Positions 38,546 through 49,530 of a DNA stretch of 64,000 nt are shown in pieces. The stretch spans positions 37,882,001 through 37,946,000 of the forward strand of contig OZ076416.1 of NCBI GenBank assembly GCA_964187785.1, in the 5' to 3' direction. Both the position numbers and the translations under genes were made by a program. The number at the start of each line of letters is the position of its first letter. Position 1 is the stretch's first letter. The notes beneath the pieces were generated by a model. It had not been told where the DNA came from, made no database searches, and saw only the letters and a program-made list of their open reading frames with translations. This DNA is from Amphiscolops sp. MND2022 (Eukaryota).

Positions 38546-39526
38546 TGTGTAGTTCTTTTTGATATGGCTCTTTGTTAAACTCTACTGCTCACAAATGTGA
38601 AAAAAATAAGACTGAAAAAACCTTGCATTAAATATTTTGCGCGTTTGAGATAGCAAACGTGGATTAGTTGCACATTTTCTAGGATTCCGTGCTTGGCGAA
38701 CAATCGACATCGAGAGGATTTCAATTGCGAAAGTCAATCACGTGTTTACATTAATGTACTTTTCAGAAATAAAATTTAACTCAGGGCAGTTAATCAGGGT
38801 TGTCAATTAATTATTTAGATTCAATATTTCAAAAACAGTAAATAATATTGCATTGTAGAAATACAATTTTAAATTACTGGGTTCAAAAATTAAATAACTG
38901 CCGACCAAAAAATTTATCGTAGATGGGGAAGGAGTACTCATTTTTTATGGATTCATGTTTGGTGACGTCATAAAATTCTAGTCATAGGGATGTTCGTTTT
39001 GGAATACCGGTTTTTCAAAGAATAACTAGTTCATACTTTTCAAAAAAAACATGGTTTTGCGTTCAAAACTTGCTATAAACAGCGAATGGGCTTATATCGC
39101 AATATATTGACCTCAAAAATCCATTATTGAAGGAGACAATAACTTATTGAACAAACTTCATTGCCAATTATTGTTTTGACAATTCTTTTTTTGACATCCA
39201 TGGAATTGAGATATGTTCTTTTAATTCTTTTGATTACGAATTCTCGGACTAAGGACACCCTAATTAAAAAAGAACCAATTACAAGGTCCGGTGGCACTGC
39301 CGTAAAATCATTATTGTGATTCAGTTGACCTTGAGTAAAAATTGAAACGAGACTATGAAGAAGTATTAAAAGCGAATCAAGTTTTTTTTCACGTATTCTC
39401 CGTCACAGAGTCGACGAATCATGCAATAATTTTTCTAAATTAATTTTCTAAATCTAAATAATTTTTAAAAATAATTTGGCCCCAAGTTTGGCTGCTTTTG
39501 TTGTATCTACAGGAAAGATATGTTAT

Positions 39527-39755
39527 ACAAGACGCCCGCTAAGCACCGGGATATTTTCCGCTATAACACATCAGCCGGGGTTCGATCCAACGACCTCGTA
39601 TCTGCCAGTATGCAGTAATACGTAACTAGAATAGTCAAGTAACTAAAATAGTCAAGTAACTTTGAGGTGAAACTGGGAGATTTGGCAAAATTTGTAAAAA
39701 AAAACGCATCACAGATCATGATTTTCCTCCCCCATTTATGTGGGCGGAAAATAAT
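39527..39755 (+). mobile_element. Helentron/HINE-like repeat, family 2
   Basis: ACAAGACGCCCGCTAAGCACCGGGATATTTTCCGC...GGGCGGAAAATAA. Contains GGGGTTCGATCC, a B-box-like motif that is nearly self-complementary. Confidence 0.55.
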
Positions 39756-40369
39756 AATTGGAAGGATGCATTTGGTTGTTCAAAAATTAGTTGAATAGGA
39801 CTGAATTCACAAACCGCCGGTTTTCTGGTTCGTTTCTGTTCTACGTAAAAGTTTAAAGAAATTCGGACAGATATCCACATCTAATGATGGGAGCTACTTT
39901 CAAGGTTTGTCAAAATGTATTTGTATAATTTTTTGAAATATTTGAAAACAAAATTTCAATTGAATAAAATTTTGGATACAATAACATATCATAAAAAAAT
40001 TTGACCATATCACAAAAAATTAAAACTGAACGAGCTAGATTTTTTTCATTTTTTTTCGTCAATTTAGCCAAAACATTAAAAAAGTTTCTGAACAACATGA
40101 ATTTTGAATGCATGAAAACTTAATAGGTTGGCACATGTTTTTTCCACCATGAATTACACCACAAGTGATGGTACCTCTAGTCGAGTCTACCGGAAAGTTT
40201 TCCATGCTGCATTCAAGCATGTAGGCTAGCTTTGTAAAAACATGGAAAATTCAGAGAAAAATTTTGCAAAACATCCAAGCAATTTATAAAAAGCTCAAAG
40301 AATATCCATGCACTTTGAAAAAACTTCCAAATAGTTTACAGAATTTTACACAGTTTACAGAGTACTCAC

Positions 40370-40587
40370 TTGTTGAGTCCCCGTTCCTCGAAGTGATCGA
40401 GAGTGATTGTGGCCTCGCTGAAATCCAGCTGATGGTCCTGCATCTGTGACTTTCGCACCTTCTCAGCTCTGAGCACCAAGTTACACGCTGCCTGGAACTC
40501 CTGGTCTATGATAGGCACCCCCACTGCTCCCAGTCCACCCTCCCCCTCCCCCGCCGGTTTCAGCTCCTGTGCCCACATCTCCATGTC
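40370..40587 (-). CDS. Internal exon of a TRIM/RBCC-like gene
   Basis: Acceptor CATCTTCAG|GAC ATG, donor AA|GTGAGT, 218 bp. Reads DMEMWAQELKPAGEGEGG...LDHFEERGLN. Strongly GC-rich relative to flanks. Confidence 0.8.
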
Positions 40588-40951
40588 CTGAAGATGGAAT
40601 TCTCTTCAATACCATTCTTCATACGAACTCAGTGGGACTGATTATCGACTACTGGCCTGCCCAGGTACTCAAAATGTACTACAATTATTTAAGAATTTCA
40701 TTGAAATTTTCAGAGCCGGTGTCTTTTTCAAACAAGTTAATTTTCAATTATTGTTAGAAGACTCTGATCTTTAGTTCTTCTAATCGTTGCACTTGGAATG
40801 CGAGAAAATCTATTAGACCTAAAAATAGTGTCTTTGTCAAAGTTCGAAAATCCGGGAAACTCAGATTCATTGAAAGGAACCATTCAGCGGTTTTTTGACC
40901 AGTAAAAACATTCTCTTGAACCATTTTTTGAGTTATCGAAATTTTGCTTGC

Positions 40952-41129
40952 CTTGAGTATGAGTTGGGTGTCTTCTTGCTTTTTGTGCAAGTTGAGCAAA
41001 TTTGCTGACGTCAGCAGTTGATTTTTGGCCTCCCTCTTGCGGTCTTCGTAGTACTTGTCTATCTTAAGCTGCTCCGCCCTGACATGTTTGTCAACCTCAT
41101 CGCTCACACTCTTCAGCAGCTCTTCGTAT
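40952..41129 (-). CDS. Internal coiled-coil exon of a TRIM/RBCC-like gene
   Basis: Acceptor TTTTTTCCAG|A TAC completes Arg from the upstream AG|. Probable GC donor CTCAAG|GCAAGC. Reads YEELLKSVSDEVDKHVRAEQLKIDKYYEDRKREAKNQLL...LILK. Confidence 0.75.
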
Positions 41130-41190
41130 CTGGAAAAAAAATCAGAACATTCGAGAACTATTTCGAATTGTTCATGAGAAATTAAACAGT

Positions 41191-41970
41191 AACAAGACGG
41201 GAACGTCTCAAGCCGGTGCCCCACTTAGGGCTCAAAGTCTTCGAAGTATGATCAGGGCATTTTTGAAGTGAAATTTTATATTTATGAGAGTGCCGAAATA
41301 TTCCAAAGGAAGCTTTTCGTGCACGAAAATTGATTTCCTTAACTAAAAACATCGAAAAAAGCAAAATTGAGGAATTTTCTTGAAAAACTCGCCCATTGCC
41401 GTATCCTCCTTGGATGGTACCCTTAACTGTTTTGAAGCGTGTTGTCCTAACTAAAAACATGAGTAAAATCAAAGGGCTTTTCGGTGAGAAAACGAAAATT
41501 AGAGAAAAAAACACATGATGCTGAATAAAAACCCTAAGGGAATATTCTTTGGTCTAAAGTGTTTCGAGGATACAGTAAATACTATGTAAAATTCTAAGGG
41601 AGTAAAAAATAAAAAGAACTAACATAATATTTGACAACACACATAATATTTTTGATAACAAGTCGGGATCGGCATAAGTAGCGGACCGTTTGGAGACAAT
41701 AAAAAATTCTCACAAAAAAAAACAAAAGTCTCACAAAGCCAAAAAAAACAAAAGGGGGCTCTTTAGTCTCATCCGGTTTTGCAAATGGACGAAAAAGTTT
41801 CTGACTGAAGCAGGGACTCGAGCCCGCGACCGCTGGGTTGCCCCTGTCCCTAAACCGATTGGTAGCTAACCTAAACAGCTTATACAACTTATAAAATCGG
41901 TCAGTTCGTTTGTCTCAGAAAAAAAAGTCATCACTATAGTCTGATCTTTATAGGAAAGCACTGACTAAAG
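41191..41970 (+). mobile_element. Two adjacent diverged HINE-like family 1 copies (from 41191 and from 41657)
   Basis: AACAAGACGGGAACGTCTCAAGCCGGTGCC and AACAAGTCGGGATCGG starts. CACTATAGTC...GACTAAA end motif. Confidence 0.45.
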
Positions 41971-42103
41971 GTATCAAAAGGACTTCAAAGTGTGAATTAT
42001 TCTCTTCCACAGTACCAAAAACCGAAAGGGTGACCGGTGACCGAACTGCTGGACAAAGTCCATCGCTTCGTCCTAATCTTCCATTTAGGGCTAATTAGAA
42101 CGC

Positions 42104-42768
42104 GATTACTAGAAATTTCGTCGGCGGAAATTTCGTCGTCAGTTATTACGTTCTATAAAACGTCGTATTTCTCCTATCTATAAGGAATCATCTTAATATT
42201 CAGTCTAAAAATTATCGAGTCTTGATAATTATCTTGATAATTATCGATTACTGTGCAATTATTGCTGTCATTGACTACTTTTAGTTATGGTTTTCAGAAA
42301 AAAAGTTTCGGACCGCGAGCCTTGTTTCTTACAATCCACCCCCAACCGCAAAAACGAAGTTGTTGCGACACTTGGACAAAAAATTCACCCCTGGAACAAG
42401 CTTAAATTGTACAATAAAACCCCAATTTTAATGCAAATTTTCTTCGCCATGAATTAAAATGAGGAACAAAAAAAGAGAGCTCCATTTTGAATGATTGACA
42501 AAAAAATAGAACAATATCAGCGCTTTGTTTACAAAAAATTCTTTTCTGAAAATGACATTTTTAATTTTAATAATTAAATAATTGAATATTTCAAATGATA
42601 TCTTTTCGTGGCGCAGATAATTTTAATCAATACGACGAAATTTCTGACGACAAAGTTTCTGGATTTGCTAATACGACGAAATTTCTGACGACGAAATTTC
42701 TGACAACGAAATTTCTGAGGACGAAATTTCTGACGACGAAGTTTCTGGCGACGAAATTTCCGTCTCCC
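42104..42768. mobile_element. MULE-like MITE with 15-bp subterminal tandem repeats
   Basis: 9-bp direct repeat TTAGAACGC (42095-42103 and 42769-42777). GAAATTTCGTCG at left is inverted against ~8 copies of ACGACGAAATTTCTG at right. Confidence 0.6.
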
Positions 42769-43079
42769 TTAGAACGCAATTCTTCTGGTTTCTGATCAGG
42801 GTACTTCGGTACATGATTTCCATAAAAATATAACAATTCACTGTAATGTTTGACATTTTTGTTTCTAGAGAATTTTTTAAATGTTTGCTTATAACTGTGT
42901 GGAAAATTGGATGCTAGTTCAACCCAAAAGTAACCCATACACCGTTTTATTTTTTAGTCGGCGTTTTCGAAGAAAATCCCGACTCTTACAGTGGCTAGTT
43001 TTTTTTCGTCAGTTCAACGCGATCGGTCCACTTTTTGTGCATTATGCACTTTTACCATATGTAACGACAAGCTCTCACC

Positions 43080-43760
43080 ATTGTCGCCGTAACCATAAGA
43101 GTTAGAGGAACACATGATATGGGTATTTGCCCGGGACAGGCGCCCATGACCATGAGCTCATTTTGCCTCTTTCGGGTAAAAACTGTCCCGTCAGAGGAGG
43201 ATTCCGCTTCTTGTGAAGTGCTCGCCGGCCTGATCCAGTCTGTAATTGCTATCAGTAGTGCGCATTACGCTTTTTCTTCGAAATCAACACTTAGACAGCC
43301 TTTAAAAAATGCAAGTGGTGGAAAGGAAAAATCAAGTTTTATCGAAGTTACACAGGAGATCGAAATGAGTAGCTCACGAGCTGTTACAACAAGAAAATAC
43401 GAAAATTACTACATAATTAGCACTTTTGAGGCAGCAATTAGCCGGGGACACAAGCACGGATGCTTGGTCAAGCTAATTGACTCATTTTTGGTAATCACAG
43501 CGTCTTGTAACGCTTCGCTGAAGAAAGCACTGGTTAGAGCAAAGTTCAGTCCGTTTTGGCAGAAATTTGAGTCTTTTTCTGATAGTGGCCGTGTTTTTCT
43601 GCAATCTTCTCGTTCGGTTGGGGTCTCTTTCGAGTCTCTTGCTCAAATCCTCTTCAATTCCGTGGACAGGTACTTGAATAAAGACACGCTGCCGTCTGGC
43701 GGAATATGACTCTTTAGTAGAGGAGATATAGTCCCTTGAACGAAATTTTCATCGAAATTT
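43080..43760 (-). repeat. Decayed TE-like coding remnant, homologous to ~29870-30060
   Basis: Shared minus-strand segment GGCAAAATG...ATGGGCGCC(T/C)GTCCCG...TACCCAT...GTTCCTC...AGCTTG(T/C)CGTTACA. Family not identified. Confidence 0.5.
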
Positions 43761-43839
43761 TCGAAATCGTGCACTCGATAGGTAGTCGCTACAATATGTA
43801 CTTAGTACTTCATTGTCAAGCCTCTAACATGAGATAAAA

Positions 43840-44214
43840 AGCCATTCCAAAGCAGAAGGGTCCCCTTTTCCACTTTTTTCGACACTATGAGACATTCCCC
43901 CTTTTTTCAACACTGTGAGACTGTTCAAATTTCTCATTTTCCCCAAAATTTTTTTATTGCTCCCCTATCAATTTTTTGATATTTTGCAACAGGATGGATG
44001 TTCAAAAAATCACAAAGGGTCCCCCTTTTTACATTTTTCGGTACTATGCGACTTACCGGAGACTTCGAAAAAAAATTCGAAAAAAAATTCAGAAAATTTT
44101 TCTCCTCAATTTTTAGTTTTTTGAGAGCTTCTGTTGTCTCCAGTTGTAGAAAAAGTGATTTCCGAGTCTTATTGAGCCTTAGATATGGCGCCGACTTGGG
44201 CCGTTTCCGGCTTT
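43840..44214 (-). mobile_element. Helentron/HINE-like repeat, family 1 (3'-truncated)
   Basis: GAGCCTTAGATATGGCGCCGACTTGGGCCGTTTCCGGCTT terminus and GGGTCCCC modules. Confidence 0.55.
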
Positions 44215-44558
44215 TTCAAGTTAATAGCACCGTTCAGTCTGGTTTTTTTTTTCAAGTTTTTGCGGTAGAATAAAATAAACAATTAGTGGAAGCTTCGTTG
44301 CTTCTTCTTTAGCGTTTGAACATCTGCTTTTTTTCCTCATGGGTATTTCTCTCTCATGGGTTTCTCACGCGAAGTTCCAGCCAACCTGGTGGACCGTTTT
44401 AAGATGAGTGGGCAAGTTTCAATGATGTCAGAATTTAGTTTCTCATACTTGAAGCATTTTTGAAGATTTTTTTCAAGATGTAAGAAGAAGAAAGTTAATT
44501 TCCCCAATTACCGCGTAGTGCACGGATTATAAGCATTTCTGCTTTTGTAACTCGGAAC

Positions 44559-44853
44559 CTTTTCGTATACTATCTCCCCATAGCAAGCAGTGGTACCATA
44601 TTTGCAACCATGTGGTCAAGCAATGGTTGGCTTGAAGCTGTGGTTTCAAAGTGACTTGCTTAAGGTACGACAACTCATTTCACCGTTGCTCTTTTTATTT
44701 TTTTTCTCCAAATGCGTTTTTTTGTCATTGACCATACCACTTAGCTCGGGATGAAGGACTTGCTCAAAGTCCAATAATGGTGAGTTGAAAGAGATTTGAA
44801 CCTGGTACCACATCAGTACAGGCCAAATGCTCTAACCACTACACCATGCTCCC
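44559..44853 (-). mobile_element. tRNA-derived SINE
   Basis: Head GGGAGCATGGTGTAGTGGTTAGAGC (A-box)...GGTTCAAATC (B-box). Body homologous to 37868-38166. Confidence 0.75.
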
Positions 44854-45750
44854 TTGTGGAACTTTACCACAATGATGTTCACTTTGTTTTGTCAGGAATA
44901 ACAGACTGATTTTGGGAATTGTCAGTTCTTGTTAACTTTTTCAAGGTCTCAGATTTTTTCATCTATTGTATGATGAAGTAGTGTATGATCTCTGCTTTGC
45001 CAATACTTTCTTTTGCGGTATAGTCTTATGATTTTTATAACTAGAGTCAAAACCGTTGAAGCTATTGAAATTCGAAGACCATGCAAGTTAATGACTTCGG
45101 GCACTGATACGCTATAGAACTTGGAAGCAGAAAGAAAATCTCAACGCTTTCCCACTTCAATGATTGAAAAAATTTACTTCCACTGAATTTCATTTTCTAC
45201 TGAATTCGAAGATGAAACATTGTCTCAACAAACTCGAACATACCGGATGTGCAGCGAATCAAGTGCAACGCTGGAAGAGATTTTCACGTTCAACAAAAAC
45301 AATAAATCTACACCCTCGAGAAACCTATTTAATTGAAATGACCTAGTTACGTTTATCTCTCAATAAATAAATACATTCTGAACCAATCCTGCTAACTTTA
45401 ATAGGAAACTTTTTTTAGGAGGTTGGCTGAATAGAAACCCGTTTCATTTGGTGAGTTACACCGAACTGTTTGTTACCTTCGAGGTCTATTCTATCCTCTT
45501 AAAGCTAAACACAAGCAAAAACTGAGAAAAGTGGGCTAAAACTAAAACAACCGGATCATGTAGATAAATTCCTAGATATACAAACCTAACCTACGATAGG
45601 TACGTAGTTTACTTTGTCGCAAAATAGCTCAATAAGACTTGCGGATAACTTTTTGTCTGACTACGTATCGGAAATCCTTTCTTTGAAGACTTTATCACTG
45701 TTCATTTTAAAAATCTTTTGAGAATCGGTTTTTGGAGTCTTAGGGCTTAC

Positions 45751-46025
45751 CTACTGAACCCCATCTGTAACTGGGGCAGATACATGTTGATGTCCTCGGA
45801 GGCACATTTCTGACACATGAGTTGCAAGCAGTGGGGACAGACCATTTTGAATGTCTCAGCCGGGTTCTTGCATCTCTGGCACGTGTTGTACATGTCGTTT
45901 TTTGGACCCCCCACATTGACTCCGACTCCTCCCCCGGCTAAACTGTCCGAACTTCCGGAGCACCCCTCCAGACCTGTGGCTCTCACAGCAATTTCCAGAG
46001 TGTTCATGTCAACCCGCATGCTATT
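45751..46025 (-). CDS. Exon encoding a B-box-like zinc finger of a TRIM/RBCC-like protein
   Basis: Acceptor TACTTACAG|AAT, donor AG|GTAAG, 275 bp. Motif CQRC...CPHC...CQKC is followed by coiled coil in the next exon, an arrangement like the B-box region of Thin/NHL-1-type TRIMs (from recall). No RING or start exon found in the window. Confidence 0.75.
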
Positions 46026-47759
46026 CTGTAAGTAGAGAAATCGGTTTTTCATAAGTAAATGACCATTTTCATTGATATATTTTCATGACTTGTTTTACTC
46101 TTTCTCATAATAGTTGAACTCAGTTGACTTTCGAAAGAGTTCTCTATGACTACTTATTTTGTTCTTTTTTTAAAAACTGATGATTTGGCTAGCATCATCA
46201 TCTGCACTAAGCATCATTTCACGGAGACCCAGATCCAATGCAATATAGGATTCCATACAATTCCATACATGAAACCATATGGCTCCATGCGATACTTTCA
46301 TGCTGCTTCTATGCATGAAATTGTATAGGATTTTATGGTTTCATGCAAAGAGTTACATTGAACCATGAAATCAATTATACAAACTCGTGAAAATTGAGAG
46401 TGAAATTTATTCGGACAATTTGTTTCGATAATCACTAAACAAAAACAAAAAAGTCTGCATTCGATAGCGAAATGGCATTTAGCATAAGACCATTTGATGA
46501 TTCAGAATTTTTTTAATTAACGCGAAGATCAATTTTGTTATTTTAAAATCGACACTATGAAGATGGCTAAAGAGTCAGAGTCTCATTTATTGCAGTGAAG
46601 AGCGCATAAAATGCCAACCCTTAAAACGTATTTACCTCTAGAAATGTATTTACCTCTACAATCGGCCAAAAAGCTTGGATTTCTTCCAAGTAAACGGACT
46701 TTTGAAGTTTGATTCTTACGCAAAGTGGGAAATAAAAAAGCCACTGATAATATGCACGTGATGAGGGGTTCAAAACTGAACCGCACTGATTAAACTGATT
46801 GTTTCGATGCTTTGTTATGAAAAGTAATACTGACGAAACGTTATGAATCATCGTTTTCGAAAACAGGTGTCGTTTGTTTTTATTATAGCATACTTTCTCA
46901 TAAGTAGGTTGTGTAGATTGCATGAAATTTATATGATTCCATACAAAATACCATTTGATTCCACCCTGGTCGACCCTCTCACTAGCGTCGTGGCTGTCAA
47001 TGCAAGACTTTGCTAAGTTCTTAACCATCTTGGTAACCAAGGATCACATGACAAGATTCTCACTAAGATCTTTCTTGAAAAAGTGACTAGTGAGGAAAGG
47101 AGCGCCAACAGTATTCGAAAGGTGAACACTCGGGCCAGTAAAGTGACACCATCTATTGCTCTTTGTAAGGTTCATTTGTCACTCGCAAATAGTTTTTTCC
47201 GCGGTCAAAAGTGTTTCACAGTTGAAAAGTCCAAGTTGCAGAAATCATTTTGAAACAAACTTTTGGTATCGTTGATTTATTTTCCCCAATTGCAAAATCG
47301 CAAACTTTGAAATCGTTGTTTCGCGGAAACTATTGTCGACTCAAGTATGTTTTAAAGTTGAAGATAAATTAGTTTTGTTTCAACAATCGTGTGGGTTTCA
47401 CAAAAGTAAGAATTATCGATTTTCGAAATTCATTCCGTGTATACTCTCAAGCAGTTTTGAATTTGGACGATTAATTTGAATCGCTAATGAGATTGCTGGA
47501 AAATTCCTGCGAGCCCGCGTATTCTCTAAATCTCTAATTGGTGGAGTCGAAACTTAGTTCTCATGAAAATGACTCTGAAATACAGGTTCGACGCTAATTG
47601 CTCATAGCGCCGCTTTAGTGTTAGGGAGGGATTACATTAGCGGAAATTAGTTAGCGTAATACATATTTTAGCGACCGTTTAGCGATGGCGTTTTCCTATT
47701 GGTCACTTTGTTAAACCAACGCTTTATTTGGCATCAAACACTACCTACATATACATTAT

Positions 47760-48153
47760 AAAGTCTCTACTGTTACGACTATTCACCGGAGTTGCTTTAG
47801 AAGTAGTCGCTTTGTTTTGATTGGAGTTGATGTTATATTTGGAAGAACGTTCCCAGGTTGAGAATCAGAGTATTCTAGGTTTGGAAGAGTTACAGTTTTT
47901 TTACTACAGGGGCTACTAACTTTAGCATCTCCTTTTGATTTTTAAGATAAGACATAATTTCTTTTCCTAGAGACGTTTTGATCTGGTCAAGTTTCGCAGG
48001 TTGAATTTTGGGAGATTTACTTGGGCCAGCTACGTAGTTTTCAGATTGATCATTCTCAGCTGGTGAGGCATCAAATTTTCCAGAAACTAGCTCAGCTACT
48101 GCCTTTATTTTCTGACTTCTAACTGTCATTTTTTCAAGATGGTCGAAAAACAA
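47760..48153 (-). pseudogene. Probable Gypsy gag N-terminal remnant
   Basis: ORF ...EIMSYLKNQKEMLKLVAPVVKK followed by an S/T/P-rich frameshifted tail (NVLPNITSTPIKTK). Assignment is an inference from composition. Confidence 0.35.
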
Positions 48154-49308
48154 AATCTTCCGTAAGAGTGAATTTCTTGAAGAATTTTTGTAATATTTCA
48201 GAGTTCGAATTTTAGAAACAACAAAATACTGACTGAAATATTACATGATGTGGTTGTACATTTAAAAACTTTCCTAGCATCATTTGTTCCTCACCTAAAA
48301 ATTCCAAAGTATCATAAAATCGGGTTTGTTCACTAAAAATCACTAATGTCCCAAATCATTTCAGTCCCTCGTCATAAAATCAGGTATCGAAATTCTTAGT
48401 TCCGTTAGCACTACGTAACATTTGTTGAAATCCTTTTTGTTCAGGCTAAAACATTTCCTAATTAGTCTTAAAATGGCGGCAAAATAGAGGTCCGCTCAAT
48501 CTTTTCGTCAACGAAAGCACGCCGACGTTATCAATTAGTCAATTTTCAAGTTCAGAAGTTTGAAATTCAAAACAAAAACGTGACACTCAAAATTGGTGAC
48601 GCCGTTAAAACGGAGTGAATATTTTGAGACCGTGAAATGCCTAAGTGCTGACAAAGGAACAGATGATGCTGGAATAACACTTCCCAATTACTGATACAAA
48701 CATAAACTATGCCACAAAACTACACCCGTTAAAACACTGATCATGAAACATTAAGAAACTGCATGGTTTACTTGTCTATATTGTAACCTCAACACAAACA
48801 CAGCATAACTTTGACGGAAACAATCCGTTATTCCAAAACGGTACACTATTTGAATAGTAAATAGTTTAGGAATACAGACAGGAATAACATTATTTCATGA
48901 TTACGATTATACAACGTAGTGTGGGTAAAAAGCTCAAAATTATCAATGCAGTTTATTCTAGCTTGCAACAGACATATCTCGCTTAATAAATCTGGAAGAC
49001 AATGATCTTACGTTGCATCTTCGGACAGACTACTAGATTACAATTCATAGAACATAGACATAATAGAACGCTCGGCTGTGATCTTTCAAAAAAATTGTTT
49101 GCAACGTGAGATGGACGTGGTTTCATTCCGAATCATCATAGCGTAACATTAAAACATCATTCATGACTACAAACAAAATCTTACAATTCCGCCTTACAGT
49201 ACAGTTCTGTTAAAAATCTCATTCCTAAAATCTGTTCAATGCATCGGTTCCCGAAGAAATCCTGTTTATAACTAGTTTGAGATTCCGTTCCTTAGTTACA
49301 ATTTTCAA

Positions 49309-49530
49309 TGTAACTGAGGAGAGGATACGGAGAGGATGCGGAAAGCGTAGTCGTTCATTCTTATTCTCTCAACTAATGACGTCACGGAAAAATCATTCTC
49401 ATTGGACTGAGCGCGAATAACTCAGCGAAGGGAGCGACCCCATTGGTCCCCAAAAATAAAAACACCGGTTATTAGCTCCGCTGAGTGCCACTGTCATAAC
49501 GTTCTAATTATTCTCGTATCTTACTTGACA
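49309..49530 (+). repeat. Short solo-LTR-like sequence (222 bp), second copy at 62221-62442
   Basis: TGTAAC...TTGACA, AATAAA, TGACGTCA. No TSD found. Confidence 0.35.

Noticed and set aside
42630-42760. CRISPR-like array
   Set aside because: Direct 15-bp tandem repeats without unique spacers, inside a MITE in a eukaryotic context.
43119-43709. 196-aa plus-strand ORF
   Set aside because: No domain and no splice support. More likely the antisense shadow of a decayed minus-strand TE ORF.
47090-47260. THAP-like words GAPTVF and CRNHF
   Set aside because: They occur in the wrong order for a THAP domain and are probably chance.
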